In this document: positions 1-12,549 of the stretch, in pieces
How the letters are laid out: each line of letters starts with the position of its first letter
Position numbering within the stretch: position 1 is the stretch's first letter
Origin: Saccostrea cucullata
Taxonomy: Eukaryota
Assembly (NCBI RefSeq): GCF_032062105.1
Contig: NW_026929349.1
Coordinates: 62,001 to 126,000 of the forward strand
Length of the DNA: 64,000 nucleotides
Direction: 5' to 3'
Made by a program: the position numbers and the translations under genes
Notes under the pieces: model-generated
Told to the model about the DNA's origin: nothing
Seen by the model: the letters and a program-made list of their open reading frames with translations, nothing else
The model's database searches: none

Positions 1-1995
1 ATGTCTTGATGACCACTTGAACTGATCCGAAAATTAGAATTTAAAGGTATACCAGTAAAATGTTTATCGGTTGCCATGGAACTTATGGCCAAAGGAGGAC
101 TCAGTCACCTTTTAAAGCAATTTACTTAATGTGGTATATGAAGTATTTTACTTTGTAAATGAGGCATACTAATTCCAGACACCCTTCACAGTGAAGTTAG
201 TTGATGGTATCTGAAAATTAATCCTTCCCTCAAGGTCTTTTAAAGATTGCTTTTATTGAATTTTCAAACATCTGACAGTAATCTGTATGAATTTTAATTT
301 TTTTTTTCCAAATAAAGGATACAAGTTTCTAATGGAACCATACACTGCTTATGATATCTGATTTCACAAGATTATGTATGTATGTCAAACAAATGAGATC
401 TATATATCATATATATAAATCAAAGATTAAATTACATTGAAAATGTGAAGTTAAAAGCAAATAAGATTAACCTCATGGTCAAAAAATGAAACAGCAAGAA
501 AATGAAAAGAAGCAAGTTCCTTCTGTATAAATTTGAAGCTTTGAGTAGGCTTCCTAAAATGGCATCTAATATGTACTTTATTTTGAACCAACAATTCCAA
601 CAGACAATTAACTTAACACTGAAAAAAGTTCTCCATGTGTCTGCAGAACTTCCTGGCAACCTTGGAAGTTAGAAAGCGGTAAATTATCTTTGAAATTCCA
701 CATTAAGTTAAAGGCAAAGATCAAAAATATTTATTGGGCATAAAATGACCATAAAATATTTTTTTAGTAAATTTAAGACACTAGATGCTGGCTTTGATCC
801 CACATAGCCTGTGCACAGAAATTTACCTAAATCAAACTAACTTTGATTTCCACTGATCAATAATAACTTTATTAATCTAAAATCTCTCCCTTTCATGGGG
901 TCCATGTTGGTCTATTAAATTTTCCAATAATTTATAATACTGCATCTTGTAATTTGAACATTTCTCATAATTGCTAACTTTAATCATCAGATTTTAAATC
1001 ATGCACCCAAAAGTTGCAGAGAGAAATAACTTTTTTTAATGATTCATCACTGTTTTTGTAACATCATTATTTCTGAAATCATTTATAATTATAGACAAAA
1101 AATTGGAATTTAAATTAACAGTTATTGCAGTGAAACATCTGAACATTAATAAAAATGTTTATGTAAAAGTATTATACAAGACAAAATCAGAATTTTATAA
1201 ATTAATAGAACAATTTATCATAGAGATTAATATCCTATTCCCTTCCAAGTAACTGAATATTTTTCATCACTTATATATACCGCTAAGCTGTTGACAGACA
1301 AATTAAAATGACAAATTACACTCTATATAAGCAAACTGTCCTTTCCTCACACCTAGAGATAGAGGAGAGACACTTGAAAATGATCCAGAGACCACCAGAG
1401 TCTATAAAATTAGTACAAATCTTAGCAGTGCACCACGGGAGTTTGCTTTGTTATTAAACCATATGAAGATTTGTTTAATTTCAAATAAAAGAAAATGCAG
1501 TTGAAATTTGGTACCTTGAACATCGATTTCTCAAGTACATGTACCAGTTATATGTCAAAGTGAGTTGGAAATCCTAATTTTACTTTTCTTCATGGGTTTG
1601 AACCTTAGTATCTGAGATCCTTGGGTATTGCTTGAAACTTTGGGGAGGGAGGGGAGGGGGTCCCATTGAGTTAGAGATAATGATAGAAGCTTGACTTTTG
1701 ATGAATACAGAAATATGATAAATGGGATTACAGAATTAGATTAGCTGAAGATTTGTTTAATTTTGGGAAAAAATACATACAAATGTATAATAATAAATAC
1801 AGAAACAAATATACTATATTATGCCTGTATGCTTTTACAGTCAACCAATGTAACAAAAAATTGTACAGACTTGAATGTTGACTTTGATATTTACTTCTTT
1901 TTAAAGATACAATAAAATATTGGGGTCTTAGACAGCTTTATTTGAAGGGAAATATTTGTTTTTGTCATTAATATAAAATTTATAAGTACAAATAC

Positions 1996-2176
1996 ATTTT
2001 TGATTCTTATAAAATGATGATCTGACAATATCAACATAATCAGGAACATAGCAATAGATCTCTGTCGATATCAGATTATCATTTTTAATATCAGAAAATT
2101 TTATCTGAAGATCGTTTGTAAATATGATGTCCTTCATAGTTTCCCATGCATGTTTGAACAAACATAAAATAATCTT
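1996..2176 (-). CDS. Candidate second coding exon of the same gene (KIILCLFKHAWETMKDIIFTNDLQIKFSDIK...YKNQK)
   Basis: Acceptor aaaattttccttag|AAG (phase 0), 60 open codons, donor T|GTATTT; overlaps ORF 1928-2161. Downstream exons not resolved. Confidence 0.4.
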
Positions 2177-2612
2177 CTAAGGAAAATTTTTACCACTACC
2201 AGGACAAATTTAATTAATACTGTATTATACGTATTTTTAAGGTTTTTGTTAATTTAAAATCCAAAATAGACTATAGAAACAATTCGTGTGCATTCTTACG
2301 CGACAAGCTGTTTTTTATTTAAAGCTTCTGTCAGGGACATTCATGTAACTAAGAATATAAACTGTGGTTTAAAAACGTGCATTTGAATATTTTTCTGAAG
2401 TAAATATATCTTTTAAAGATAAATAAAGAATATTTTCCTACACATATTTATTTACACGCTTTTCAACAACTTATAAATGGAACAATCAAATAATATGTAT
2501 TCATTTAGCTTTAGTTTGATTACACCATGCTGATTTTTATATAAAGATTGCGACACAACATGCAAAGTTGTCAACAAAGTTTTTTTCAGTTTCGGAAACT
2601 TTTTTTTCTTAC

Positions 2613-2681
2613 CTCTGCCGACGTAGGTCTAATTTCTCTACTGCTTCCTCGGTAGGAAGTGTATCCGTTAGGCCTACTCAT
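2613..2681 (-). CDS. Candidate first coding exon of an unidentified gene running off the left edge (MSRPNGYTSYRGSSREIRPTSAE)
   Basis: ATG at 2681 with an upstream in-frame TAG; 23 codons end at a strong phase-0 donor GAG|GTAAGA; joins in frame to 1996-2176. No homology recognised. Confidence 0.4.
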
Positions 2682-2797
2682 CTTTTTAGCACCTGTCACA
2701 TTCTGATATTCGTACTATCCATGCCGTATTTCACTCCATTTAAAACTCGTATGTACAGGTAGATAACCTATGCACGGCGTATTGTTTCCAAGTTGAG

Positions 2798-2812
2798 GTC
2801 ACATGACTTCCG
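2798..2812. promoter_or_regulatory. Composite E-box/CLEAR-like plus ETS motif (GTCACATGACTTCCG), candidate proximal promoter
   Basis: GTCACATGAC overlaps ACTTCCG (CGGAAGT on minus), about 120 bp upstream of the candidate ATG at 2681, in a locally CpG-richer patch. Confidence 0.35.
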
Positions 2813-5753
2813 TTTGGTTACGAACACCAACGGGGGATAACTCTACCTGTAAACATGACATTTTCACTCGCGTAGGCTACTTGTTTTCTCCAGTCACTTT
2901 CACTCTCTTTACAATCTTTTCTACATTGCTTTGAATTTTAGGATTTTAAACATTTTTTCCCTTGTGCAATTTGTGCGAATTAATTAAACCTAATAGAACC
3001 TTGTCCTCCCTTACGGTGCAATACCAAAAGTGCAGTTTCCTAGCTTAAAAAATACCCAAAATTGTAGGTTTCAATATCATAAAATTGAGAAATATAATTG
3101 AACGGACCCAATTATGTTCTCTAAATAATATATTCACCATGTCGATCATTCATCATGAATGATCATTTACCAAGCCAAGGTACTGTAGCGGAAAAAGTTG
3201 CTGAAACGGGAATAGAAACAAGAGTTATTCCCCTTTAACCATACACAGAGCAATAAATAGGCCTATGCCTTTGATTTATTATTTTTATTTCTTGATTTAA
3301 TTTACTCAAAGGAAAGAATGGTCTGTTTAGGGTGTAAAATAACTACTAGTATTTTGCAAGAAATTATCTGGTATGTAAAGGAATCACAATAACCCATTGT
3401 GCGATTTTATCTAATCTGTATATTGAATGATACTGGACTTTCTTATGTCTTACTAACTTGCTGAGCAATAAATGTACAAGGAAACAAGTTTGTATACACT
3501 GTACGATAAGTTAAAACTAAACTTTCTTTGGTACGTCTCGCAAAGAAGGTCAATGGTCAGGGTCAAGTGCACTTTTAAAAATTTTTCGAAAAATTTGAAA
3601 AATGTGCAAAACATAAAATCCCTATCTTTGACAGTTCTCGAGATACAAGATGTGACAGACGAACAACTAGACAGACAGACAGGTAAACTGATCCCTTAGT
3701 GCCACTCTGCTCTGCAGGTGACACAAAAATATCGCTAGCTGAGAGAGTCTCTACTTTATTTTGATATATGAACTGGGAAAGAGGGTAATATATAGTCAAT
3801 TGTCAGATATTAGACTTTTATATAAGACAATTATGCATAAGGTGAGCCTAGCTCTTTGTATATGATAGTATAGTGTCATATACAACTTTTTTTTTAAATT
3901 GAAAATGCATTTTTTTAGAGGACACTAGTACACTGTCGCCTCTCATTTAAGGGTACATCGTAGGGTGATATGGATGTTAATTTAAAAAGAAATTAATTGA
4001 AATCATATTTACCCAAGGATACTTATCAAGTTTGGGTGAAATTGGTCCAGTAGTAAGGTAGAGGGGAGGATGAAAGTGTGAAGAGTTAACAGACGAAACA
4101 AGACGAACGAAAAACGGTAAACAGATAGACGGATCAGGAAAGCACATTTCACATTTTGGAGCAGTCAAAAAAGGAAAGGGACTGTTCAAAATAAAGCCAA
4201 CAAGAAATGATACAAACAAAATTTTATTTGATCAATATTTTGCTCGTTTTAAAATTGACATGTCCTACTTTTCTTTGGGGGTTCATCACTCGGGGACCGG
4301 AAACAATAAAGATGTACTATAGACAATAAAATTTTATCACCACCAGGGTTAATAGTATTTAAAAGTATTACTGCAAAAACTAATGTTTTTTTCAGAATAT
4401 CGAAATGTCATTTACCACAGAAGTTGCAAAGTTATTTAAATAATAAAATATATCTATATATCGGGAATGATAAAGAATGATGATATTCCTTATGCTGTGT
4501 TTTATGTAACCTTTTTCCAATAAAGATAGAAGATGATGAAATTGAACCTGCGACCAAGTGAAGTGCTAGAGCATCTTATTAGCATTTAATCTGGTTAGAC
4601 ACAACTATTTGTCTTCATTAATAGCAATGTTATTGAATTTGGCATGACGAAGGCGTTTGTGCTACAAAGATAAATGTATCTTGTGATTTTCTTGGTACAT
4701 ATGATACCTAAGTTTCTAGAACTCAATCAATATTTTAACCATTTTGTTTTCTAATACAAGATCTAGAATTGAACTGAAAGAAAATTGGTTAATCATTTAC
4801 TTTTGTCATCTGAGTCTCCCAGACTGAAGGGAGTTATAGAAGATGAATCTTCTTTTTTTTTTATTGTTTGAAACTTTCGATTGTAAACATATTGGATGCT
4901 GAAGGCGCTTCCATGTAAACTGAGTTGAAGATCTTGAGAAAAAAAATACTGTAAGATTTTTCTTCTACAATTCAATTAATTAAAACCGTGTACCCGCATC
5001 ATATCTGGCTTCATCGGAAGCTATGATTTTAAAACACAACTTAAAATTAAATTATCAAAAAAAAAAAAACAATTCCGCTTTAATATTATATGTCAAATAT
5101 ATCATATATCAAAAATATGCATAAGTACAAACTGTATATTGCAAACGTATGTTCGTGTATTGCATGAATTTACTTCATAATTTATTGAATATCAGAATCG
5201 TTTGGCTAACTTTTATCTATGAAATATACCATTCAGTTTTTAAGAAGTTAAATTAAATCTAAAAAAAAAAAATTCATTTTTTTTCCTACAGTGAAATTTA
5301 AGTTATATTTACTATGTATATACTTGTATATATAATTTCATCAGCGGATGGACATGAAGTAGTGTCGAGTAGATCGACTTACACAAATGTGGAGCATTAT
5401 AATAAACAAAAAATAATCACCCTCGCAGTGATAATCAATGGAGATTGTACAATACCGGAAGTGGACAAGGTGGTCAAGTGTTCGGACAGAGAGAAAAAAT
5501 ATTGAATTTGTGGTTCTGTAGAGAGTCCCAGGGGTTCTGTGAGTTTATTGTATCTTAGCATTAAGACTTTGTTTTCAGCTGAACCTATTGATATTACTCA
5601 TAAGAGGTTTTATGAAACTCGTGAACTGAATTGAAATTCGGCTTTGTTTTTCACGCTTCGCTGCACCACTGGTATGACTTGTGTATGTGACCAGTCCGGT
5701 CTGATCTATATATAAACACTGTGGTTGGTAAACTGTGTCTGTGTTTTTTTTAC

Positions 5754-6947
5754 ATGGATAACGATTCGAACACTAAACCTGACAAGTGTGATAACAAACG
5801 TAGGCGATCAGACATGAGTTCATTAGGCACGGATTCAGAACTATCTCCTAAACGATTGAATGATCATAATTCAAGTCCAATAGCACCTTCAAATAGACCA
5901 AATAGTGCAATTAGTGAACTCCAGGGTGTCCCTAAACATAATGTCAATAAAGATAAGAGTGAAGAGACAGTGCACACTCCAGGAAGAGGGACAAATAATC
6001 AACAGAATGGTCAAGGTATGCCCCAATATACTCCTACACGTGCATCTGTTCCTGCCCAACAGCGGATGCCACAATATCCATCCTATCCCTCTTCACCACC
6101 AGGCTTTCCCATGGGTGCATTTCCTGCATCTCCGCCCATAGATTACCAGATAATGAGTCAAGCTCCACCCTGGGCACAGGTTATGGTGAGACAGGTCAGT
6201 GACATTAAGATGAGAATGCAGAAACTAGATCAAATTGAACACGCAGTATTTGACACTCGAAATGCTCTAAAACATATGGAAAAATCTGTACTTGATCTCA
6301 CAGACAGAGTCAGCGTATTAGAAAATAAATCCAAAAAGATCGAAGACTGTTATTCTTCTCAAAAATCACTAGAGAAATCAATGACCAAAATAAAAAATAA
6401 TGCATCAAACCAAACAGAGATTATAACAAACCTACAAAACGAATTTGAGAAACTAAAATCTGAGAACGATAAATTAGCAGGCGACAATGCCAAAATCCAA
6501 GATGAACTTTTGAACATGAAATGTAATGCCATGAAGGATAATCTGCTTTTTTTCAACATTGAAGAAACAGAATTCGAAAACTGCCGACTACTTATCCAAA
6601 ATATTTGTAAAAACAACCTGGGAGTTGGAGATGTTGGAATGATGCAGCTTCAAAGCGCCCACCGAATTGGGAAACCGAGTGAATCAAGACCCCGTCCAAT
6701 TCTGGTGAAATTTAAGAACTTTCACGATAGAGAGGTCATTCGAAAATCCAGCTACAAGCTTAAGGAGACCAATTACAGCATAGGGGAGCAATTGCCACGG
6801 GAGTTTCGCGATCGACGCAAACTTCTTCTTCCACAATACAAGCAGGCCAAAGAAAACAATCAGAAAGCACACTTTGTTAAAGACAAATTGATCGTTGATG
6901 GGAAATTAGTAGCCCCACGTGAAACCTGCGTTGATGACGACGAATAG
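5754..6947 (+). CDS. LINE ORF1 protein, L1-type (low-complexity N-terminus, coiled coil, RRM, CTD), 397 aa from first ATG
   Basis: Heptad-rich coiled-coil segment, then DNLLFFNIEE and AHRIGKP...RPRPILVKF motifs typical of L1-like ORF1; ends TAG 6945-6947. Confidence 0.85.
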   Translation: MDNDSNTKPDKCDNKRRRSDMSSLGTDSELSPKRLNDHNSSPIAPSNRPNSAISELQGVPKHNVNKDKSEETVHTPGRGTNNQQNGQGMPQYTPTRASVPAQQRMPQYPSYPSSPPGFPMGAFPASPPIDYQIMSQAPPWAQVMVRQVSDIKMRMQKLDQIEHAVFDTRNALKHMEKSVLDLTDRVSVLENKSKKIEDCYSSQKSLEKSMTKIKNNASNQTEIITNLQNEFEKLKSENDKLAGDNAKIQDELLNMKCNAMKDNLLFFNIEETEFENCRLLIQNICKNNLGVGDVGMMQLQSAHRIGKPSESRPRPILVKFKNFHDREVIRKSSYKLKETNYSIGEQLPREFRDRRKLLLPQYKQAKENNQKAHFVKDKLIVDGKLVAPRETCVDDDE

Positions 6948-9900
6948 GGGTCACAGGGGGGTGATATCAAATGCCGAATATGGAACGTAAATGGCGGACT
7001 GGAAAATAAACTAAGTGACAAAAAATTTCATTCTTGCCTATTTGATTACGATATTTGTATACTTCTTGAATGCTGGATAACGGAACACTCCAATATATCT
7101 CTTAGTGGTTATTGTGTTCACGCATATCACAGAAAAAAACGTGTCAGAAATCGCACACAGGGTGAAGGAATAGTTGTACTAGTCAAGGACTCGCTTGATC
7201 AATTTATTAAAATAAATGAAATATTTTATGACACTATTGTTTGGATAAAAATAGATAAAGTCATTTGTTGGGATAAGAAAGATTTGTACATTGGGGCAGT
7301 TTATATACCACCCATTGATTCAAAATTTCATGATATTTACAATTGTGACTTGTTTACTACTCTTGACGAATGTATTACAAAATATACAGAAATGGGCAAT
7401 GTTATAATTACTGGCGATTTCAATGCAAGAACTGGTTCATTATTAGATTATATTGAAAGCGATACCCTACACTCCGAAATTAATTATCATATCTCAGAAG
7501 TGATGACTTATATACCTGATATTGAACTCAATCCAAGATCAACAATGGATAATAAAATAAATACATTTGGTAGAAGGCTTATTAGCATATGTAAATCTTC
7601 AAATATTCGCATAGTTAACGGACGACATCCGTCCGATCCAGACGGAAACTATACCTATTGTGGCCCAAATGGGCGATCTGTCGTTGATCTAGTTTTAACA
7701 AATTCATTCAACAATATATCGAATTTCAAGGTTTGTAATTTAACCGAATTCTCAGATCATGCACCAATCAATTTTTCATTTCCGAGCATCTTAGGGTTTC
7801 AAAAACAGACAAACAATTCTAAAATTTCAAACCGTCTAACTTTCCAAAATTCTACCACAGTGAGATGGCAAGAACAATCCCAAATTCAAATGAGACGAGA
7901 TCTTATAAACAACTTAGACGCTCTATATTCTTGTGTTGAAGATGAATTCGATGTCAACCAAATTGTCGATAACTTCAGTGAAAAATTAAGCAGTGTATTA
8001 GGGAAGTATTGTACAAAGAGTAGCAATTACTCGTGTCCAAAAGACAGAAATGCAGAGGATAAACCTTGGTTCAACCACAAATGCAAAGTCTTATACAATC
8101 AATATATATCTGCTTTAGAAGAATATAACAAGTTTCATAGTAAAATAAATTACAATAAGCTTACTAAAACAAAAGGTGAATACAAAAAACTTCAAAAGAA
8201 ACTTAAAAATCAATACAAAAGACAACAAGGTGATATGGTGCAACAACTGAAGAAAAATAACCCTAAAGAATTCTTTAAACATTTTAGCAAACGAAAGACA
8301 TCAAACTCCAAAGTTACCTTATCAGAATTTTTTGAACACTTTCGGAACCTTGCTAATGATTCAGCGACTACGTACATTTCGATTGCAAATTATATGGACA
8401 CCGATAGCCCTGTATTTGAGCTCTTGGACACTGAAATTACCTCAAAAGAGGTTGAAACCTGTATACGCAGACTTAAAACAAACAAAAGCGCGGGAAATGA
8501 TAATTTAATCAACGAATACTTTTCCGAGTTCAGTGACATACTTCTTCCTATTTTAAAGAGCCTTTTTAACAAAGTATTTAATTCCGGTATATTTCCTTCT
8601 TCGTGGTCGAAAGCAACTATTATTCCAATATATAAAAAAGGAAAAACGGATGACCCCGGAAACTATAGAGGCATCAGCATCACAAGCAGTCTGGGAAAAC
8701 TTTTTACTTCAATCCTTAACGAAAGAATAATGAAATGGAATATCTCAGAAAATATTATAACTGATGCACAATTGGGATTTCAGGCTGGGCGTTCAACTAC
8801 TGACGCGATATTTGCTCTTCAAAGTTTAATATCACAAAAGTTGAATAATAAACAACGTTTATATTGCTGTTTTATCGACTATAAAAAGGCATTTGATACA
8901 ATCAACCGGGAAAAATTATGGTATATATTGATCAAATTGGGAATCACCGGAAAATTCCTTGAATTATCCGATGCTCTATGTTGATGTACGCGCCTGTGTC
9001 AAAAATGCAGGAGAGATATCCGAAAATGTAAATACCGGGTTGTTGCAGGGGGAAGTACTATCACCGATATTATTCAATATGTACGTTAACGACTTGGAAA
9101 ATCATTTCATAAACGATAAATGCCCAAGTGTAGAATTAAGAGAACTAAATCTTTTTGTTTTAATGTTCGCAGATGACACAGTAATATTCGCTAACACGCC
9201 AGAAGAGTTACAGAACTTGCTTGATGCTTTACAAGGATACGTATCATCATGGAATTTGACCGTGAACACCGCAAAAACCAAAGTTTTAGTATTCAGGAAA
9301 GGGGGGTGCGTTAATTTTTCATGGACGTACAATAATGAAGTTTTAGAAATTGTCAATTCTTTTAATTACCTTGGATTATGTTTAAACTACAACGGTAAAT
9401 TTAATGTTACGCAAAAGAAATTAGCTGAACAAGGTCAAAAAGCTCTGTTTGGTCTAAACCGTAATATTCAGAAATTTGAATTTAACGCCGAAACCCGCTG
9501 TCAGCTATTTGATACATATGTTGGCAGCATTTTATCGTATGGTAGCGAAATCTGGGGTTTTCATAAATCTCCAGAAATTGAAAGACTGCATTTATCCTTC
9601 TGTAAAAATACTCTTGGTGTTAAGCGCAATGCATGTACTTACATGATTTATAGAGAATTGGGACGATATCCACTTATTATTCAAAGAAAACTAAGAATCA
9701 TAAAGTTCTGGTGTAAATTATTAAAAACAGAAAACTGCATTTTAAAATCGTCATACGAGTACCTGCGACATGATGCAGAGAATGGGCCGGGAACAAGCAC
9801 AAGTATAAATTGGGCGCGTGAAGTAAAGCTTGAATTATTTAGGTTGGGTCAGGGAGAATTTTGGATTAATCAACAAGTAATAAACTCTGCTAATTTCATG

Positions 9901-10371
9901 CATATATATAAAAACAGACTACTAGATATACATCTCCAAGAATGCAATGCATTTATGGATAATTCGTCAAAATGTTTTTTATATAAGCACATTGTCCAAC
10001 CTGACTTCTGTAAAATGCAACCTTATTTAACAAAACCTTTACAAAGTAATTTAAAAAAGCATATTTCCCGCATAAGACTTTCATCGCACTATTTAAACAT
10101 AGAATGCGGAAGGTACCAAGGCAAAAGCAGAAATGATAGAATATGCGATGTTTGTGATAGTCATCAAATAGAAGACGAATTTCATTTCATTTTCCAATGT
10201 CCTAGATATCTAAATCTAAGAAAAAAATATATAAATGAGTATTATTACAAATCACCAAGTACATTTAAATTAATCCAATTATTAAGTACAAACCGCATAT
10301 CTACTTTGGTTGGTCTAGGGAAATATATTCAACATGCTCTAACATTACGTAACGAATATTTATCAGGTTGA
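6948..10371 (+). pseudogene. LINE ORF2 (AP endonuclease, reverse transcriptase, C-terminal CCHC) with one frameshift region near 8960
   Basis: APE motifs IWNVNG (TGG at 6981), LLECW, YIPP, GDFNAR, SDH; RT motifs YRGIS, FIDYKKAFD, QGEVLSP, FADD, YLG; C-terminal CDVC...EDEFH....C. The frame switches between ORFs 7284-8984 and 8959-10371. Confidence 0.92.
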
Positions 10372-10747
10372 CTTACATGTAAGTTCTCTATATTTATGTC
10401 TGTAATCTGTATATCAAAATAGCATGGTTGTATATTGTACTCTATCTTTGAATAATACTGTACTGCTAATTTCAAATTCATTATAATTGTATCATATAAA
10501 TGATGATTGGAACTGTGGGACTGAGGAACACTTGACCTGGGGTTTTACCCCCCAGTTTAGACTCTTTGAGAGTCGATTGTATCATATGTTGTATGTATAT
10601 TTGTCATTTTGTAAACTGATGGGCTGTATTGCCCAAAGTTGTATCCTGAATAAACTTATACAACATATTTTGTGGAAGTAGTCAAAACTGTGTCAAGATT
10701 ACTGTCGGACGGATGGAAAGACAGACGAATGCTGGAAATAGACAATC

Positions 10748-11547
10748 TATGAGGCGCATTGATGGTATTTACTGATAAAAAGTGATATCACTTATTTGAA
10801 TAGGTGATATCACATATTCACTTGGTGTTATCTCCTATTCAAATATGTGATATCACTTATTCAAATTATTTATGACATAACAACTGCTCCAAAGACTATA
10901 GGGTCCCTAAGTCTTATTAACTTTCACCTCGTTTTATAACTCATCGTTTTTGGAGAGAATGGATTACAGCTTCGCAATGCATTTAGTTTTAAGCACCCCG
11001 GTAGAACTTGTAGTTTGTTTTGCTTATGGATTATATTTTAAAAATTTACACTTATCTATCATGCATATTAGAAGAAAAATCGTGAAAAATTCTGGCATAA
11101 ATGCTCCATTCAGAAAGTGCTCCAATTCACATTTAAAACTGAAAAGAGAAAATGTATGCTACTCTGTTACCCCAGCTGGGAAAAATTTATAAAATTTAAG
11201 TAACTAAACTTTATAGGATTTCAGAACATGGGGTATTTAAAAATTCTTGGACTAAAAAATAGATGAACACTGGGCAGTCCGAATTTTCTTGGTTCCAATG
11301 GAAATCTATTTAGATAGTGTTGAGGAAGGGAGGATTCATTATTTATCGTCGTAAGAAATGCAAATAGGTGATGTGTTGTCACATATTCGAATTGGTGATA
11401 TTACTCATTCAAATTGAATAGGTAATACATGTATCACCTATTCAGCACGAATACTAGTAGGTGATATCACCTATTCGAATAAGTCAAATCATCTATTTGA
11501 ATATATCTGACACAAAATGGCAATCAATACCAAAATGGTACCTCAAT
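10748..11547. mobile_element. Degenerate non-autonomous DNA transposon with internal palindromic ~20-bp repeats (AATAGGTGATATCACCTATT)
   Basis: Imperfect TIRs TATGAGGCGCATTGATGGTATT and AATACCAAAATGGTACCTCAAT; repeat clusters at 10780-10865 and 11360-11500; splits a GACGGA/GACAGA...GATCAATAAAGCTCAGTTGAGC element end. Confidence 0.55.
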
Positions 11548-11891
11548 GTGATCAATAAAGCTCAGTTGAGCCTTTAGCGTAGGGAATCTAATAATGACTG
11601 TTCAAGTGATTTTTATTTTAACATCTTTATTCACAAAATAAATGAAAGCTGTATCAATAGGCGAAGTTGATTCACCTATAAATTTAAAAGAATAAACCTT
11701 TGTTTATACAAAATAGGTCTTTGTACATTATATAAAGAACTCATGTCCTTTTTTACTAACTTCATTATTTTTGTCCCTAGCTGCTTTATAATAGAAGTCG
11801 GGAGGGTATCCATTTTTTGTTTCTTTTGATTATTTTATGCTGGGTATGCAGCAACATCAGTATCATTAGAAGAACATTAAAAAACCCACAA

Positions 11892-12117
11892 TACTGTAAA
11901 TCACTCATTTTTCGCGGCACCTAATTTTCGCAAGATGGACATTTGTTCTTTATTAGAGAAACAAAATTTTCTCGAATCGTGCTTAATGCTCTATGTACAT
12001 GTACATATGTAATCTTTAGCAATACTAATATGGACGAGAATGATTTTTTCGCGAGCACATTGTCTCGCATAATAACACCAAAATAAAGTTATCGCGAATA
12101 AAAAGTTATTTACAGTA
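11892..12117. mobile_element. Tc1/mariner-type MITE
   Basis: TA|CTGTAAAT...ATTTACAG|TA termini with TA target duplication; subterminal TTTTCGCG/CGCGAA inverted motifs. Confidence 0.7.
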
Positions 12118-12333
12118 TTGTCAATGCGTAAACGTTAATGATTCGCAGATGATGACACTAGTCAACAGGGGTTGTTTGCTCGTCCAAATCACATGGTCTC
12201 ATCTTTGGAATTTTCAGGGGGTCCATGTTTTCTGCCCTGTTCACAGATTCGTATTGTTTTGAAATAAAGTTAAAAGTGGCTATGTGTTGTAAATAGCGAG
12301 GCCACGCTCCAACTAGCACAAGCTAGTGGGACA

Positions 12334-12404
12334 ACCCTTTAGCGCAGTCGGTAGAGCGTTGGATTTTAAATCTGAGGGTTGTAGCTTCGAGCCATAGTGT
12401 GGAC
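12334..12404 (+). pseudogene. tRNA-Lys(UUU)-like sequence (Pol III A/B boxes) inside LTR-B; not a functional tRNA
   Basis: TAGCGCAGTCGGTAGAGC A-box/D-arm, GGATTTTAAATCTGAGGGT resembling the tRNA-Lys(UUU) anticodon arm, degenerate B-box GCTTCGAGCC; acceptor stem broken. Confidence 0.65.
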
Positions 12405-12471
12405 ACCCCCTAGCTAATCAGTCATATTGGCGCCCAACGTGGGGCGTCAAATGTTACGAGCGGGGAAAAAT

Positions 12472-12549
12472 GTCGGCAGGACTGGGACTCGAACTCGGGA
12501 CCTCCCGCCAACCATGCGGGTGCTCTAACCACTGAGCTACCGGGCCGAC
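12472..12549 (-). pseudogene. tRNA-like sequence (Pol III A/B boxes) inside LTR-A
   Basis: Minus strand reads GTCGGCCCGGTAGCTCAGTGGTTAGAGCACCCGCATGGTTGGCGGGAGGTCCCGAGTTCGAGTCCCAGTCCTGCCGAC: perfect D and anticodon stems, B-box GTTCGAGTCC, mismatched T stem, atypical anticodon loop. Confidence 0.7.

Larger units (their letters stand above)
5455..10663 (+). mobile_element. Near-full-length non-LTR retrotransposon (LINE), most like the RTE-X group; 5' boundary approximate
   Basis: ORF1, APE-RT-CCHC ORF2, about 280-nt 3' UTR ending AATAAA (10649-10654) CTTATACAA. No TSD identified. Clade call is from remembered motif style only. Confidence 0.9.

Noticed and set aside
1-1410. Further exons of the left-edge gene (about 1320-1401, 610-690, 170-210)
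   Set aside because: Splice-like signals exist, but I could not build a phase-consistent chain.
5889-9356. Antisense and alternate-frame ORFs within the LINE
   Set aside because: Short shadows of the main reading frames with no independent motifs.
12334-12549. Two functional tRNA genes
   Set aside because: Broken acceptor or T stems and atypical anticodon loops; both lie inside LTR-like units with a TSD.
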